Counted from the first letter of the stretch, positions 19,901 to 30,757 are shown. The stretch is DNA of 64,000 nt from Burkholderiales bacterium (GCA_038316355.1 JBBQAO010000001.1:23076-87075), one strand, 5' to 3'. Numbers and translations are program-made. The notes: generated by a model not told the origin, from the sequence alone.

Positions 19901-20687
19901 CGCGACACCCAGCGGCCTTGGCAAGATCAACACCTTCGTGCTCGACACCGTCCTCAACAACACGGTGGAGCATCTGTATGGCGTGGATCTGCTGGGCAAT
20001 GTCTGGCGCTTTGCGGTCAACGGTTCCCAGACCGCTACGCGCCTGACCACGGTGACCGACGCCTCCAACAATCCGCAGCCGATCACCACCAAGCCGGAAC
20101 TGGCCGAATTCGGCAGCCCGCCGATCGCCCACGTGTTCGTATCCACCGGCAAATACATTGGCGCCAGCGACCTGTCATCGACCCAGACGCAGTCGGTGTG
20201 GGCGATCAAGGACACCGGCACTTATCCGGTGGCTACACCGCGCTCCACGTTGAGCCGCCTGACCATTACCAACGCCGGCGACGGCCTCACCCGCAGCATC
20301 GCCTGCGCCACCAACTGCACCACCAACGGCGGCTGGTTTGTCGATCTGCCGGACAGCGGTGAACGGGTCAACGTCGACATGAAGCTGCAGTTGGGCACCC
20401 TGGTGGTCGCCAGCAACGTGCCGCAGAACAATGCCTGCAACATCGGCGGCTACAGCTGGCTGAACTTCTTCGACGCCCGCAACGGCCTGCAGGTGTCCGG
20501 ATCGGCGAACTTCGGCACCAAACTGTCGGACTCGCTGGCGGTGGGTATCAACGTGGTGCGCCTGCCGGACGGCAGAACGGTGGTCATCGCCACCACGTCA
20601 GACGCGTCACAGCAAACCGCTGAAGCGCCGATCCCCGCGGGTGATCCGCAGGGCCGGCGCACCAGCTGGCGCGAACTGGTGCAGTAA
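16932..20687 (+). CDS. pilY1: type IV pilus tip adhesin PilY1/PilC
   Basis: DNSGS MIDAS-like motif, NFANWYSYYRTR, LGDIVN, ANDGMLHAF, RTSWREL. Confidence 0.93.
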   Translation: MNSRSKTRISITGYKLALAALLCAAPLSALSALTDIASVPLASSSTTVVKPNILYTLDNSGSMEWGFMPDDVEDRYNTTGYKSHLCNTVYYNPAITYVPPKNADGTDFVNASFTSARYNGFNSGSSTRNLSTNYIAFDDSTGRNHGSDTAQAAYYYVWSGGIAPNPGSTSNTTGCWPGSSSAFPHVTGNWTKSLVTATSGPGATDERQNFANWYSYYRTRMQLMKSATGRAFVGIGEGYRVGFITINPGDPVLSSRYLAIGDFTATQKSNWFTKLYAQGTDGSTPLREALSRAGRHFAGIQTGINNGMTGDPMQYSCQQNFSILTTDGYWNGNSGQTLVNNTAIGNHDGNIATNPRPMFDGSMTTTGSTRVKREEVKAQFDCSSGRTRIRLIQTTLVTPIAPTPGPEAQQGSPSQNYITSCSKSTRNVWTPNPQYTTPVVSTSTTGGASGTLADVAAFYYLTDLRGPGSIGALGTDVGTANNVPSSGIGPEDDKAAHQHMTTFTMGLGLAGTLNYVPNYKTGAGDFAALRSGGINWPAPSANNPTALDDLWHTAVNGRGQFFSAADPDAVVDSLSAALAGVNARVASAAAAATSNLEPVAGDNFAYTASYKTLEWIGELEAKEIDLTTGNVGTTPVWSARTKLDARTGAACDNRSIRLFRSGATSNLVDFSWNTQACDVSKNPTGAATTGLNAAEQAYFDATEVAAFSQFADMTNGILPPLSVDQRTLAAGANMVNFLRGHRGRETFDPNTQQLYRTRTAVLGDIVNAQPVFAKAPFADYQDSNYAAFKSANTTRTPMVYVAANDGMLHAFYAGTNTSDPLGGEERWAFIPTMVLPNLYKLADNNYGTLHTYSVDGTPTIADIFDPAATPTAPNYGWKTILVGGLNAGGKGYYALDVTDPANPKGLWEFKHNTTCLSPVTNQSSDCHLGYSYGNPQIGKLADGRWVVFVTSGYNNVNSPAATGDGFGYLYVLNAVTGQIIYKISTATGDAATPSGLGKINTFVLDTVLNNTVEHLYGVDLLGNVWRFAVNGSQTATRLTTVTDASNNPQPITTKPELAEFGSPPIAHVFVSTGKYIGASDLSSTQTQSVWAIKDTGTYPVATPRSTLSRLTITNAGDGLTRSIACATNCTTNGGWFVDLPDSGERVNVDMKLQLGTLVVASNVPQNNACNIGGYSWLNFFDARNGLQVSGSANFGTKLSDSLAVGINVVRLPDGRTVVIATTSDASQQTAEAPIPAGDPQGRRTSWRELVQ

Positions 20688-20702
20688 GCGGATCGCACCG
20701 GA

Positions 20703-21341
20703 TTGATGATGCGGGAACTGTTCCTGGAAGCCGGCGCGCGACGCCTGTGGGTCGCCGCCGGCCTGTCGGTGGCGCTGCACGCCGCGATCACGGTTTCGGT
20801 GCAGCGGCAACCCGGCGGCGAACCACCGCTGCAGACTGGACCGGCAACAGCGCCACTGATGGCGCGCCTGGCCACTGCGGTCTCGGATGCAGTACTGCCT
20901 GCCGAGGCCATCGCACCGGCAGCGGAAACGGCTGAAACCGCCCGCCTGGCCACTGCCGCAGATTCTCCCGCCGGCAACAACAGCACGCCGGCAGGTGATG
21001 GTTCCGTGCATTACTTCAAGACTTCAGAACTGGACCGCCGGCCGTTCCCGCTGACCCGGGTCGAGGTGCCGCCGCCGGAATCAGCTGATGCCGTGGCCGG
21101 AAGCGTGATGATCCGGTTGCGCATCAGCGAACGGGGACGCGTCGAAGACGCAAAAATCGTGATGGGCACGGGTATTGCAGAATTTGAAGCCGCCGCGCTG
21201 CGCGAATTCTCGCAGGCACAATTTCATCCGGGATACCGCAGCAACCTGCCGGTGCGCAGTGAAATGCTGATCGAGGTCACGCTGCGCCCGCCGGTGAACG
21301 GCAAAAACCCTGCTACACCGGCACTTCCCGGGACTAGTTAA
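20703..21341 (+). CDS. TonB family energy transducer
   Basis: N-terminal TM with SVALH (S-x3-H), Pro/Ala linker, TonB C-terminal domain (GSVMIRLRISERGRV...FHPG). Confidence 0.78.
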   Translation: MMMRELFLEAGARRLWVAAGLSVALHAAITVSVQRQPGGEPPLQTGPATAPLMARLATAVSDAVLPAEAIAPAAETAETARLATAADSPAGNNSTPAGDGSVHYFKTSELDRRPFPLTRVEVPPPESADAVAGSVMIRLRISERGRVEDAKIVMGTGIAEFEAAALREFSQAQFHPGYRSNLPVRSEMLIEVTLRPPVNGKNPATPALPGTS

Positions 21342-21346
21342 GCCCC

Positions 21347-22267
21347 TCAGTTAAGCCCCTTCGGCAACGGGAACGTCACCCGTTCGGCAATGCCATCAAG
21401 GTTGCCGACGCTATCCGCACCCAGCCCGCGCAAACGCTCCACCACCGCCTGCACCAGCACTTCCGGTGCGGAAGCGCCGGCAGTAATGCCGACGCAGGCT
21501 TTTCCGGCCACCCACTCCGGCTGCAATTCACCGGCGTTGTCGACCATATAGGCCGGCACGCCCTGCTGCTCGGCCACTTCGCGCAGGCGGTTCGAGTTGG
21601 AACTGTTCGGTGAGCCGACCACGATCACCACATCGCAGCGCTGCGCCAGAGTCTTGATCGCATCCTGGCGATTCTGTGTCGCATAACAGATGTCGTCTTT
21701 TTTCGGGCCGACGATTTTCGGAAACCGCTTGCGGATCGCATCGATGGTGCGGCCCGCGTCATCCATCGACAGCGTGGTCTGCGTGACATAGGCAAGATTG
21801 TTTTCGTCCTGCACCTGCAGGCCAGCGACATCGTCCGGGCCTTCCACCAGATGCATGCCGCCGGCGCTCTGGCCCATCGTGCCTTCGACTTCCGGGTGCC
21901 CGCGATGGCCGATCATGATGATCTCCCGGCTCTGGTCACGCATTTTTGCAACTTCAACATGCACCTTGGTCACCAGCGGACAGGTTGCATCGAATACCTT
22001 CAGGCCGCGCGCCTCGGCTTCACGGCGTACAGCCTGCGAAACGCCATGCGCGCTGAAGATCACCGTGCTGCCGGCGGGCACCTCGGCCAGTTCTTCGACA
22101 AACACCGCGCCCTTGTTGCGCAGGTCATTGACCACGAATTTGTTGTGCACGACTTCGTGGCGCACATAGATCGGCGCGCCGTGCAGTACCAGCGCGCGTT
22201 CGACGATTTCGATCGCGCGGTCGACACCGGCACAGAAGCCGCGGGGATTGGCGAGGAGCACTTGCAT
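21347..22267 (-). CDS. ispH: 4-hydroxy-3-methylbut-2-enyl diphosphate reductase
   Basis: [29 protein letters not shown]. Confidence 0.98.
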   Translation of the reverse strand: MQVLLANPRGFCAGVDRAIEIVERALVLHGAPIYVRHEVVHNKFVVNDLRNKGAVFVEELAEVPAGSTVIFSAHGVSQAVRREAEARGLKVFDATCPLVTKVHVEVAKMRDQSREIIMIGHRGHPEVEGTMGQSAGGMHLVEGPDDVAGLQVQDENNLAYVTQTTLSMDDAGRTIDAIRKRFPKIVGPKKDDICYATQNRQDAIKTLAQRCDVVIVVGSPNSSNSNRLREVAEQQGVPAYMVDNAGELQPEWVAGKACVGITAGASAPEVLVQAVVERLRGLGADSVGNLDGIAERVTFPLPKGLN

Positions 22268-22334
22268 GGCGGCGATTATATCCTGAGTTGCGTTGGCAGT
22301 ATGAAATAACGCGTATTTATATCAATAAAAACAA

Positions 22335-22811
22335 TTACTTATGTATTTTTTCCGACTGTGGCGAAGCGCGCAGTCCATCCCAGATCAGCAGGGCCGCGCC
22401 GCAGGTGATCGCCGAATCGGCAACGTTGAATGCCGGCCAGTGCCAGCCGAAGGCATGGAAATCGAGAAAATCCACCACCGCGCCGATGCTCAGGCGATCA
22501 ATGACATTGCCAATCGCGCCGCCGAGCACCAGGCTGAGGGCAAGGCAAAACAGCGACTGCTGCGGATAACGGCGCAGCAGGAAAACAATCCACACCGAAG
22601 CCACGATGGCGATGCCGCTGAACAGTTCGCGCTGCCAGCCACCCGCACCGGCGAGGAAACTGAAGGCCGCGCCGCGGTTGTAGACCAGCAGCAAATTAAA
22701 AAACGGCGTCACCTCGAGTGGCGGCTTGTCCGCCAGCATCGCCACCGCGGCATATTTAGTGGCCTGGTCAAAAATGACCACCACGGCGGCAATCAGCAAC
22801 CAGCGCAGCAT
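22335..22811 (-). CDS. lspA: lipoprotein signal peptidase II
   Basis: DQATK, NRGAAFS, GNVIDR, VVDF, FNVAD. Confidence 0.97.
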   Translation of the reverse strand: MLRWLLIAAVVVIFDQATKYAAVAMLADKPPLEVTPFFNLLLVYNRGAAFSFLAGAGGWQRELFSGIAIVASVWIVFLLRRYPQQSLFCLALSLVLGGAIGNVIDRLSIGAVVDFLDFHAFGWHWPAFNVADSAITCGAALLIWDGLRASPQSEKIHK

Positions 22812-25630
22812 CAGGCGTAACTCCGAGGTTCACCGACACCATAAAGATTGGCGGTGCAGCGGCCGCACAGATCCGGATGCTGTGCGTCGTGGCCGACATC
22901 CGCGCGGTAATGCCAGCAGCGCTCGCATTTGGCGTGGATACTGGGCTTTACTTCGGGCACGGGGTCAAGATCATCTCCCGCGCTTGCCCTCTCATGCAAA
23001 GTCGCACGCGAAGTGATGAACACAAACCTGAGGTCATCCCCAAGACGTTTCATCATTTCGTAAGCCGGGCCAGCAGCGTGGAGATCGAGTTCTGCCTGCA
23101 GTGATGAACCTACCGCACCCAGCGCGCGCTGCTCCTCAATCTTTTTGTTGACGATTTTTCGTGCTTCGGAAATCGAAAGCCAGCCCTCCATCAATCTTTG
23201 ATCCAACCGCACCTGCGGAAACACGTGCCACTCTTCCTCGAAAATGCTGCCCTCGGTGCCGCCCTTGAAGACTTGCCAGGCCTCTTCTGCGGTAAAACTC
23301 AGCACCGGGGACATCATTTTCAGCAGCGCATGGGTGATATGCCACAGTGCATTCTGCGCCGCCCGCCGCGGCCGCGAATCCGCAGCGGTCGTGTACAGGC
23401 GGTCCTTCAGGATGTCCAGATAAAAAGCGCCGAGATCTTCGGAACAGAATGCCGACAGCTCCTGGATCACCGTGTGAAACTCATAACGATCATAACCCTC
23501 CCGCACTTTCTTCTGGCGCTCGCGGGTAAATTCCAGTGCGTAGCGGTCAATTTCCAGCCACTGCTCCACCGGCAACGCATGTTTCGCGGCATCGTAATCC
23601 GCAAGATTCGCCAGCAGGAAGCGCAGCGTGTTGCGGATGCGGCGATAGGAATCGGCAACGCGCTTGAGGATTTCTTTCGAAATCGACAACTCGCCCGAAT
23701 AATCAGTGCTCGCCACCCACAGTCGCAGGATGTCGGCGCCAAGCTCATCCATCACCTTCTGCGGCACGATGACATTGCCCTTGGACTTGCTCATTTTTTT
23801 GCCTTCGCCGTCAACGACGAAGCCATGGGTCAGCAAGGCCTTGTACGGCGCCTCGCCATCCATCATGCTGGCGGTCAGTAATGAGGAATGGAACCAGCCG
23901 CGATGCTGATCGGAACCTTCCAGATACAAATCCGCGGGAAATGTGCTCTGTTCTTTATGTGAACCACGCAGCACGGTGTAATGCGTGGTACCGGAATCGA
24001 ACCACACGTCCAGCGTGTCCTTGATTTTTTCGTAGGTCGCCGCATCCGCGCCGAGCAATGCGGCCGCATCCATCGCCTGCCAGGCTTCGATGCCTTCCTT
24101 TTCCACGCGCTGCGCCACGGCTTCCAGCAGTTCCAGTGTGCGCGGATACATCGCGCCGCTTTCCTTGTGCACAAAAATCGGCATCGGCACACCCCACTGC
24201 CGCTGCCGTGACAGCGTCCAGTCCGGACGGTTGGCAATCATGCCGTGCAGGCGCGCCTTGCCCCAGTCGGGGTAAAACTGTGTCGCCTCGACGGCGCGCA
24301 AGGCGGTCGTGCGCAATGTTTCCTTCGGCTTCACGCCGTTGTAGCCGGGCACATCCTCCATGCCGGCAAACCATTGCGTGGTCGCACGCAGGATGATCGG
24401 CGTCTTGTGGCGCCAGCAATGCATATAGCTGTGGGTGTAATTCTCTGTCGCCAGCAGCAGGCCTTTTTCGGCGAGGTGCGTGACGATCAGCGGATTGGCT
24501 TTCCAGATCATCTGGCCGCCGAACAGCGGCAGTGCCTCGGCATACTTGCCGTTGCCAAGCACCGGGGTCAGGATCTCATCGTTCTTCACACCGTACTTGC
24601 GGCAGGACTGGAAGTCTTCCACGCCATAGGCCGGTGCCGCATGGACCATACCGGTGCCGGTATCCAGCGTTACGTATTCACCGAGATACACGGGAGACAA
24701 GCGATCGTAGAACGGATGGTGAAAATTGATTTTTTCCAGCGCCGCGCCTTTGCACGATGCCAGCGTCTTGCCGGTCAGGCCATAACGCGTGAGGCAAGCC
24801 TCCTGCAAATCAGCGGCGAGGATCAGCAAACCTTTTTCGGTATCAACCAGGTTGTAAATGAATTCAGGATGCGCGTTCAGCGCCTGATTCGCCGGCAAGG
24901 TCCACGGCGTCGTGGTCCAGATCACCGCATAACCCGGCTTGTCGGGGAGCGTCGATGAGCCGAAGGCTTTCGCCACTTTGTCCGGCTCGGCAAACGGAAA
25001 CGCGACATCAACCGTGATGTCCTTGCGATCCTCGTATTCGACTTCTGCCTCGGCCAGTGCCGAACCGCAGTCGAAACACCAGTTCACCGGTTTCAGGCCG
25101 CGATAGACATAACCCTTTTGCAGCAGCATGCCCAGCGCACGAATCTCATCGGCTTCGTTGCGAAAGGCCATGGTCAGGTACGGGTTGTCCCATTCACCGA
25201 GTACGCCCAAGCGCTGGAAATCCTTTTTCTGGCGCTCGACCTGCTCCGTCGCATAGGCACGACACAAGCGCTGTGTTTCTGCGGTCGGCAGATTTTTGCC
25301 GTGCAGCTTTTCGATCTGCACTTCGATCGGCATGCCATGGCAGTCCCAGCCCGGCACGTACGGCGCATCGAAACCGGACAGCGATTTCGATTTAACGATG
25401 ATGTCTTTGAGGATTTTGTTGACGGCATGACCGATGTGGATGTCGCCGTTGGCATAGGGTGGGCCGTCGTGCAGCACAAAACGTGGACGGCCTTTGCCAG
25501 CTTCGCGAATACGCTGGTAAAACTTGCGCTCCTGCCATTGCTCGAGCATTTTCGGTTCGCGTTTGGCCAGATCGCCGCGCATCGGAAACGGCGTGTCCGG
25601 AAGATTCAGGGTGTTTTTGTAATCAGCCAT
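22811..25630 (-). CDS. ileS: isoleucine--tRNA ligase
   Basis: [19 protein letters not shown]-terminal CERC..CGRC zinc finger. Confidence 0.99.
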   Translation of the reverse strand: MADYKNTLNLPDTPFPMRGDLAKREPKMLEQWQERKFYQRIREAGKGRPRFVLHDGPPYANGDIHIGHAVNKILKDIIVKSKSLSGFDAPYVPGWDCHGMPIEVQIEKLHGKNLPTAETQRLCRAYATEQVERQKKDFQRLGVLGEWDNPYLTMAFRNEADEIRALGMLLQKGYVYRGLKPVNWCFDCGSALAEAEVEYEDRKDITVDVAFPFAEPDKVAKAFGSSTLPDKPGYAVIWTTTPWTLPANQALNAHPEFIYNLVDTEKGLLILAADLQEACLTRYGLTGKTLASCKGAALEKINFHHPFYDRLSPVYLGEYVTLDTGTGMVHAAPAYGVEDFQSCRKYGVKNDEILTPVLGNGKYAEALPLFGGQMIWKANPLIVTHLAEKGLLLATENYTHSYMHCWRHKTPIILRATTQWFAGMEDVPGYNGVKPKETLRTTALRAVEATQFYPDWGKARLHGMIANRPDWTLSRQRQWGVPMPIFVHKESGAMYPRTLELLEAVAQRVEKEGIEAWQAMDAAALLGADAATYEKIKDTLDVWFDSGTTHYTVLRGSHKEQSTFPADLYLEGSDQHRGWFHSSLLTASMMDGEAPYKALLTHGFVVDGEGKKMSKSKGNVIVPQKVMDELGADILRLWVASTDYSGELSISKEILKRVADSYRRIRNTLRFLLANLADYDAAKHALPVEQWLEIDRYALEFTRERQKKVREGYDRYEFHTVIQELSAFCSEDLGAFYLDILKDRLYTTAADSRPRRAAQNALWHITHALLKMMSPVLSFTAEEAWQVFKGGTEGSIFEEEWHVFPQVRLDQRLMEGWLSISEARKIVNKKIEEQRALGAVGSSLQAELDLHAAGPAYEMMKRLGDDLRFVFITSRATLHERASAGDDLDPVPEVKPSIHAKCERCWHYRADVGHDAQHPDLCGRCTANLYGVGEPRSYA

Positions 25631-25691
25631 GCTTCAATTTCTCGGTATTCTTCAGTTTCGATTTCGGTCATTCAACATCAACAGCGCAAGT

Positions 25692-26636
25692 TCATGCCGC
25701 CGGCGCCACGCGTCGTGCAAAAAAATTCCGCGCATCAAGCACATCACGCGCGATCTGCTGCTTCAGTGTTTTGAGATCCACGTATTTCGCTTCGTCGCGG
25801 AATTTATGCAGAAAATCTACGCTCACTGACTCACCGTAAATTTCTTCTTTAAAATCAAATAGATATACCTCAAGCACAGGGGCTGCGCCCTGCGCCTTCA
25901 CCGTCGGTCGCACACCCAGACTGGCCACGCCCTGCACCGGCGCGCCATCGCCACGACAGAACTCGACGGCAAAAATTCCGGTCAGTGGTGGGCGATTGTG
26001 CTTCATCCGCACATTTGCCGTCGGGAAACCGAGCTTGCGGCCGAGCTGGTCGCCACGCACCACGCGGCCGCTGATGCGGTACGGATGACCCAGCAAACGC
26101 CCCGCCTTTGCCAAGTCACCGGCAGCCAGCGCCTCGCGCACTGCAGTACTCGACACACGCTCGCCGTCGAGCTCCAGCGTCGCCATCGCCTCCACCGCAT
26201 AACCGTATTGCGCCGCATGCGCCTTCAGCATGTTCAAGTCGCCGGCACGCCGTGCGCCGAAACGGAAATCGTCCCCCACCTGCAGCCAGCGCACGCCAAG
26301 GCCGCGCACGAGAATGCGTTCAATGAATTCCTGCGCCGTCACCTGCGCCAATGCAAAATTGAAACGACAGAGGTAGGTGCGCTCGACGCCGTGCTGCGCG
26401 AGTAATTCCAGTTTTTCGCGCAGGCTGGTCAGCCGCACCGGCGCCTTGTCCGGCGCAAAAAATTCGCGCGGATGCGGCTCGAAGGTCATCACACAGGCTG
26501 GCAGGCCGCGGCCCGCGGCCGCAGCGCGCAGCTTGGCCAGCATTGCCTGATGACCGAGGTGTACCCCGTCGAAATTACCGATGGTCAGCGCGATGGGATT
26601 GGAGGCAGTGTTTGGCACACTGCGCAGGATTTGCAT
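25692..26636 (-). CDS. ribF: bifunctional riboflavin kinase/FAD synthetase
   Basis: GNFDGVHLGH, VSST, GFPTAN. Confidence 0.97.
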   Translation of the reverse strand: MQILRSVPNTASNPIALTIGNFDGVHLGHQAMLAKLRAAAAGRGLPACVMTFEPHPREFFAPDKAPVRLTSLREKLELLAQHGVERTYLCRFNFALAQVTAQEFIERILVRGLGVRWLQVGDDFRFGARRAGDLNMLKAHAAQYGYAVEAMATLELDGERVSSTAVREALAAGDLAKAGRLLGHPYRISGRVVRGDQLGRKLGFPTANVRMKHNRPPLTGIFAVEFCRGDGAPVQGVASLGVRPTVKAQGAAPVLEVYLFDFKEEIYGESVSVDFLHKFRDEAKYVDLKTLKQQIARDVLDARNFFARRVAPAA

Positions 26637-26705
26637 TAGCCCCACCTTGTATCCGGAAAAATCACGCTAAAAGGTTGAATTTTAGCGTGTTTCCAGAAGA
26701 CGGGG

Positions 26706-27467
26706 CTAGGCTGCGCTGCTGTGCCTCGGGGAAACAGCAGCCACCGCCGGCTGCGCGCGGCGATAAACCTCACCAAGCAGGATCACTGCCGGTCCGGTAA
26801 TACCCAGCGTTGAGACCACTCCGAGATCGGCCAGTCGCAACGCGACGCTGCGCTGGTCCGGCAGCGTCGCATTTTCAACCACGACCACCGGCAGCTCAGC
26901 ACTGGCGCCTCGTTCCATCAACGTTGCAGCAATGTGTGCCGCTTCGCCGACTCCCATGTAAATTGCGCAGGTATCTGCGGCCAGCGCACTGCGCGCCCAG
27001 TCATGCGGGTCTTCTCCCTTGCCTGCGCGCGGCGTGATGAAGCTGACATTGCGGCTCATGCCGCGACGGGTCAGTGAAATCCGGAGAACCGCACTGGCGG
27101 CCAGCGCCGCGGTAATGCCCGGCACCACGACACATTCGACACCGGCCTCCTGCAGCGCATCGATTTCTTCCTGCGCCCGCCCGAACAACATCGGGTCGCC
27201 GCCTTTGAGGCGCACGATTACGGCGTGGCGGCGCGCCGCATCGATCAATCTTTTGTTGATGAAACGTTGTGCGGTGGAATCTCTGCCGCAGCGTTTGCCG
27301 ACAGCAACCTTTTCGGCTTTTTCCGCTAGAGCCAGAGTATCCGCATGCACCAGCGCATCATGGAAAACGATGTCGGCGCGGCGCAGCAGATCGGCGGCAC
27401 GCAACGTCAGCAGATCCGGTGCGCCGGGCCCCGCTCCCACCAGATAGACTGTGCCGACAGCATTCAT
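26706..27467 (-). CDS. cobA: uroporphyrinogen-III C-methyltransferase (SUMT)
   Basis: LVGAGPG, RLKGGDP, PGITA. Confidence 0.93.
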   Translation of the reverse strand: MNAVGTVYLVGAGPGAPDLLTLRAADLLRRADIVFHDALVHADTLALAEKAEKVAVGKRCGRDSTAQRFINKRLIDAARRHAVIVRLKGGDPMLFGRAQEEIDALQEAGVECVVVPGITAALAASAVLRISLTRRGMSRNVSFITPRAGKGEDPHDWARSALAADTCAIYMGVGEAAHIAATLMERGASAELPVVVVENATLPDQRSVALRLADLGVVSTLGITGPAVILLGEVYRRAQPAVAAVSPRHSSAA

Positions 27468-27470
27468 TGT

Positions 27471-28058
27471 TTATGCTTGTTCCGCGACTTCCGCGGCCTC
27501 CGTACGCCGGCGGAACAAGGGCAACGGCCGTTCGACCGAAGTCTGATAACCCTCGCTGAAATCATTGAACGCTGACAACGCGCCCTGGGCGCCGCGAAGC
27601 AAGTCCCCTTGGGGGGCGCCGCGAAGCAAGTCCCCTTGGGGGGCATCCTGCCCGTCATTCAACTGGAAGGCATCAAAGCCGCAGCGCAGCAGGTAAAACA
27701 ACTGGTCGCGTTGAATGTCGCCGATGGCGCGCAATTCACCTTTCCAGCCATAACGTTCGCGCAACAGCCGCGCCGTCGAATAACCGCGGCCGTCGGTGAA
27801 CTGCGGAAAGTTGACAGCGATCAGGCTGAATGCGTCCAGGCTGTCCGCGATCAGCACCGGATCTTCGGCGCTGTCGAGCCAGAGGCCGAGACGTCCGCTG
27901 CGACGGTCCGGCAATTCACCGGCCAGCGCCTGCCACAGCGGCAGCGGCACAATGATGTCACCCGCGGCAGGTACCGTCGGCAGGCTGCCGTCGGCCACCC
28001 AGTCAAGCCGTTGCCAGGTGTCGGTCGCGATTTTCGCGTTTTTGATCAGCGTTGCCAT
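27471..28058 (-). CDS. DUF934 family protein (sulfite reductase-associated)
   Basis: FPQFTDGRGYS.ARLLR, GELRAIGD, RCGFD; position downstream of cysI. Confidence 0.9.
   Translation of the reverse strand: MATLIKNAKIATDTWQRLDWVADGSLPTVPAAGDIIVPLPLWQALAGELPDRRSGRLGLWLDSAEDPVLIADSLDAFSLIAVNFPQFTDGRGYSTARLLRERYGWKGELRAIGDIQRDQLFYLLRCGFDAFQLNDGQDAPQGDLLRGAPQGDLLRGAQGALSAFNDFSEGYQTSVERPLPLFRRRTEAAEVAEQA
27591..27644. repeat. 27-bp perfect tandem duplication inside DUF934 gene
   Basis: GCCGCGAAGCAAGTCCCCTTGGGGGGC x2, encoding APQGDLLRG x2 on the - strand. Confidence 0.95.
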
Positions 28059-29703
28059 ACACATGCTCCTTGAAAGGCGTGATACCGAGGCGCCGCACGA
28101 CATCGATGAAGCGTTCGGCTTCACTGTCGCGGCGCGCGAGGTAGATTTGAATCAGTTTTTCGATGACATCCGGCACCTCGTCCTGCGCAAACGACGGGCC
28201 GATGACCTTGCCCAGCGCCGCCGCGTTGCCCTGCGCGCCGCCGATGGAGATCTGGTAGAACTCCGCACCCTGCTTATCGACGCCAAGAATGCCGATGTGG
28301 CCGACATGGTGGTGGCCGCAGGAATTCATGCAGCCGGAAATATTCAGATCGAGTTCGCCGATGTCGTGCTGATAATCGAGGTCGTCGAAACGGTGCTGGA
28401 TCGCCTCCGCCACCGGGATTGATTTGGCATTGGCCAGCGAGCAGAAATCACCGCCGGGACAGGCAATGATGTTGGTGATCAGCCCGATGTTCGGTGTCGC
28501 CAGTCCCAGCGCCTTCGCTTTTTGCCATAAGGCATGCAGATCGGACTGCTTGACATCGGCGAGGATCAGATTCTGCTCGTGCGACACGCGCAGTTCACCG
28601 AAACTGTAACGATCGGCGAGGTCGGCGACGGCATCCATCTGCTCCGCGGTGGCGTCGCCGGGCGGCACACCGGTTTTTTTCAGTGACAGCGTCACCGCGG
28701 CATAACCCGACACCTTGTGCGGATGTACGTTGCGCCCCGCCCAGTTGGCAAAACCACGCTCGCGCGTCAGCGCCTGCGTGTATTGCACGGACAGGGGCTC
28801 AAGCCGCTGGTGCTGCGGGCGAGTGAAACGACCGGTCACGCGCTGCACTTCAGCTTCCGTCAGCGTTGCCGGGCCGTCTTTGAGGTGCGCCCACTCGGCG
28901 TCAACCTGCGCGCGGAACACCGCGGGCGACAACTCCTTGACCAGGATCTTGATGCGCGCCTTGTATTTGTTGTCGCGCCGGCCGTAGCGGTTGTAGACGC
29001 GCAGGATGGCGTCGAGATAACTCAGCAGATGCGGCCACGACAGGAATTCGCGGATCACCGTACCGATGATCGGTGTGCGGCCCAGCCCGCCGCCGACCAG
29101 CACGCGGAAACCGGTTTCGCCATTGGCACCCAACACCGCCTGCAAACCGATGTCATGCACCTGGATCGCGGCGCGGTCCTGTTCTGCGCCCGACACCGCA
29201 ATCTTGAATTTACGCGGCAGGTAGGCGAACTCCGGATGGAAGGTCGACCATTGCCGGATCAGTTCGCACCACAGCAGCGGATCAACAATCTCGTCTGCTG
29301 CTACGCCGGCGAAATGGTCGCTGGTGGTGTTGCGGATGCAATTACCGCTGGTCTGGATGGCGTGCATCTGCACCGACGCCAGGTGCGCGAGGATGTCAGG
29401 CACATCTTTCAGCTTCGGCCAATTGAACTGGATGTTCTGCCGGGTGCTGAAATGGCCGTAGCCGCGGTCCCATTTGCGCGCAATGTGAGCGAGTGCCCGC
29501 AATTGCCGTGAGGCCAGTAGCCCGTAAGGGATTGCGACTCGAAGCATCGGCGCAAACCGTTGAATATAAAGACCATTCTGTAAGCGAAGCGGCCGGAAGT
29601 TGTCTTCCGACAGTTCGCCGGCGAGAAAACGCCGGGTCTGGTTGCGGAATTGCGCCACCCGCTCGTCGACCAGTCGTTGATCCACTGCGTCGTAGAGATA
29701 CAT
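28003..29703 (-). CDS. cysI: nitrite/sulfite reductase hemoprotein
   Basis: RLQNGLY, STRQNIQ, LPRKFK, CPGGDFC..ISGCMNSC siroheme/4Fe-4S ligands. Confidence 0.93.
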   Translation of the reverse strand: MYLYDAVDQRLVDERVAQFRNQTRRFLAGELSEDNFRPLRLQNGLYIQRFAPMLRVAIPYGLLASRQLRALAHIARKWDRGYGHFSTRQNIQFNWPKLKDVPDILAHLASVQMHAIQTSGNCIRNTTSDHFAGVAADEIVDPLLWCELIRQWSTFHPEFAYLPRKFKIAVSGAEQDRAAIQVHDIGLQAVLGANGETGFRVLVGGGLGRTPIIGTVIREFLSWPHLLSYLDAILRVYNRYGRRDNKYKARIKILVKELSPAVFRAQVDAEWAHLKDGPATLTEAEVQRVTGRFTRPQHQRLEPLSVQYTQALTRERGFANWAGRNVHPHKVSGYAAVTLSLKKTGVPPGDATAEQMDAVADLADRYSFGELRVSHEQNLILADVKQSDLHALWQKAKALGLATPNIGLITNIIACPGGDFCSLANAKSIPVAEAIQHRFDDLDYQHDIGELDLNISGCMNSCGHHHVGHIGILGVDKQGAEFYQISIGGAQGNAAALGKVIGPSFAQDEVPDVIEKLIQIYLARRDSEAERFIDVVRRLGITPFKEHVYGNADQKRENRDRHLATA

Positions 29704-29824
29704 GTCCCGCACCTGAAAACTTGAGGAAGCCCATAGTAGTGACCCCCTTATATATCTTCAAAGAATATGTTATTTATTACACAGACCTATTTGTTATATA
29801 GATTCGAGGATTAAAGGTAAGTCA

Positions 29825-30757
29825 TTGAATTTAAATCAATTACGTTATTTGCGTGAAGTCGCCCGCAACGGCCTGAGGGTTTCAGATGCCGCCGAAACGC
29901 TGTTTACCTCGCAACCAGGCATCAGCAAACAAATCCGCCTGCTCGAAGAAGAACTCGGTGTGACCATCCTCGTGCGCAACGGCAAACGCATTACCGACAT
30001 CACCGAACCGGGCCGCATCGTGCTCGAAATCGCCGAGCGCATGCTGCGCGATGCCGACAACCTGCGCTCAGTGGGGCGCGAGTTCAACGACGGCGGCCGC
30101 GGCACGCTGGTCATCGCCACCACGCACACCCAGGCGCGTTATGCCCTGCCGCCGGTGGTCGCGCGTTTCACGCAACGCTACCCGCAGGTACGGCTGACAT
30201 TGCGTGAAGGCAGTCCGGAACACATTGCGACACTGCTGCGCGACGGCGACGCCGACCTCGGCATCGCCACCGAGTCCGATGCCGCCTTCGCCGACCTGGT
30301 CACGCTGCCCTGCGCGCAATGGACGCGCAGCGTGATCACCCCGCTGAAACATCCGCTGTTCAACACCGGTCCGCTGACGCTGGAAAAAATCGCGGCTTAT
30401 CCGCTGATCACCTACGACTTCGCGTTCACACCGGATTCGCCGATCAAGCGCGCCTTCGACGACGCCGGCATCCAGCCCAATGTCGTGCTCACCGCAATCG
30501 CCGCCGATGTGATCAAGGCCTATGTCGAGATGGGCATGGGCATCGGCATCCTCGCCAAGATGGCCTTCGATCCGGCACGCGACCATGGCATCCGGCTGAT
30601 CAATGCCGACCATTTGTTTGCAGCCAGCACCACGCGCATCGCGCTGCGGCGCAATGCCTGGCTGCGCGGCTACATCTATGATTTCATCGAATTGTTCTCG
30701 CCGCGCCTCAAGCACGACGTGGTCGAAGCCGCGCTGAAAGGCACCGCAGTGTCCTGA
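29825..30757 (+). CDS. cysB: CysB/Cbl family LysR regulator
   Basis: TSQPGISKQI, ATTHTQARY, DVIKAYV; TTG start; divergent from cysI. Confidence 0.9.
   Translation: MNLNQLRYLREVARNGLRVSDAAETLFTSQPGISKQIRLLEEELGVTILVRNGKRITDITEPGRIVLEIAERMLRDADNLRSVGREFNDGGRGTLVIATTHTQARYALPPVVARFTQRYPQVRLTLREGSPEHIATLLRDGDADLGIATESDAAFADLVTLPCAQWTRSVITPLKHPLFNTGPLTLEKIAAYPLITYDFAFTPDSPIKRAFDDAGIQPNVVLTAIAADVIKAYVEMGMGIGILAKMAFDPARDHGIRLINADHLFAASTTRIALRRNAWLRGYIYDFIELFSPRLKHDVVEAALKGTAVS

Noticed and set aside
27591-27644. Possible CRISPR repeat
   Set aside because: Two adjacent copies with no spacer, inside a CDS, and no cas genes.
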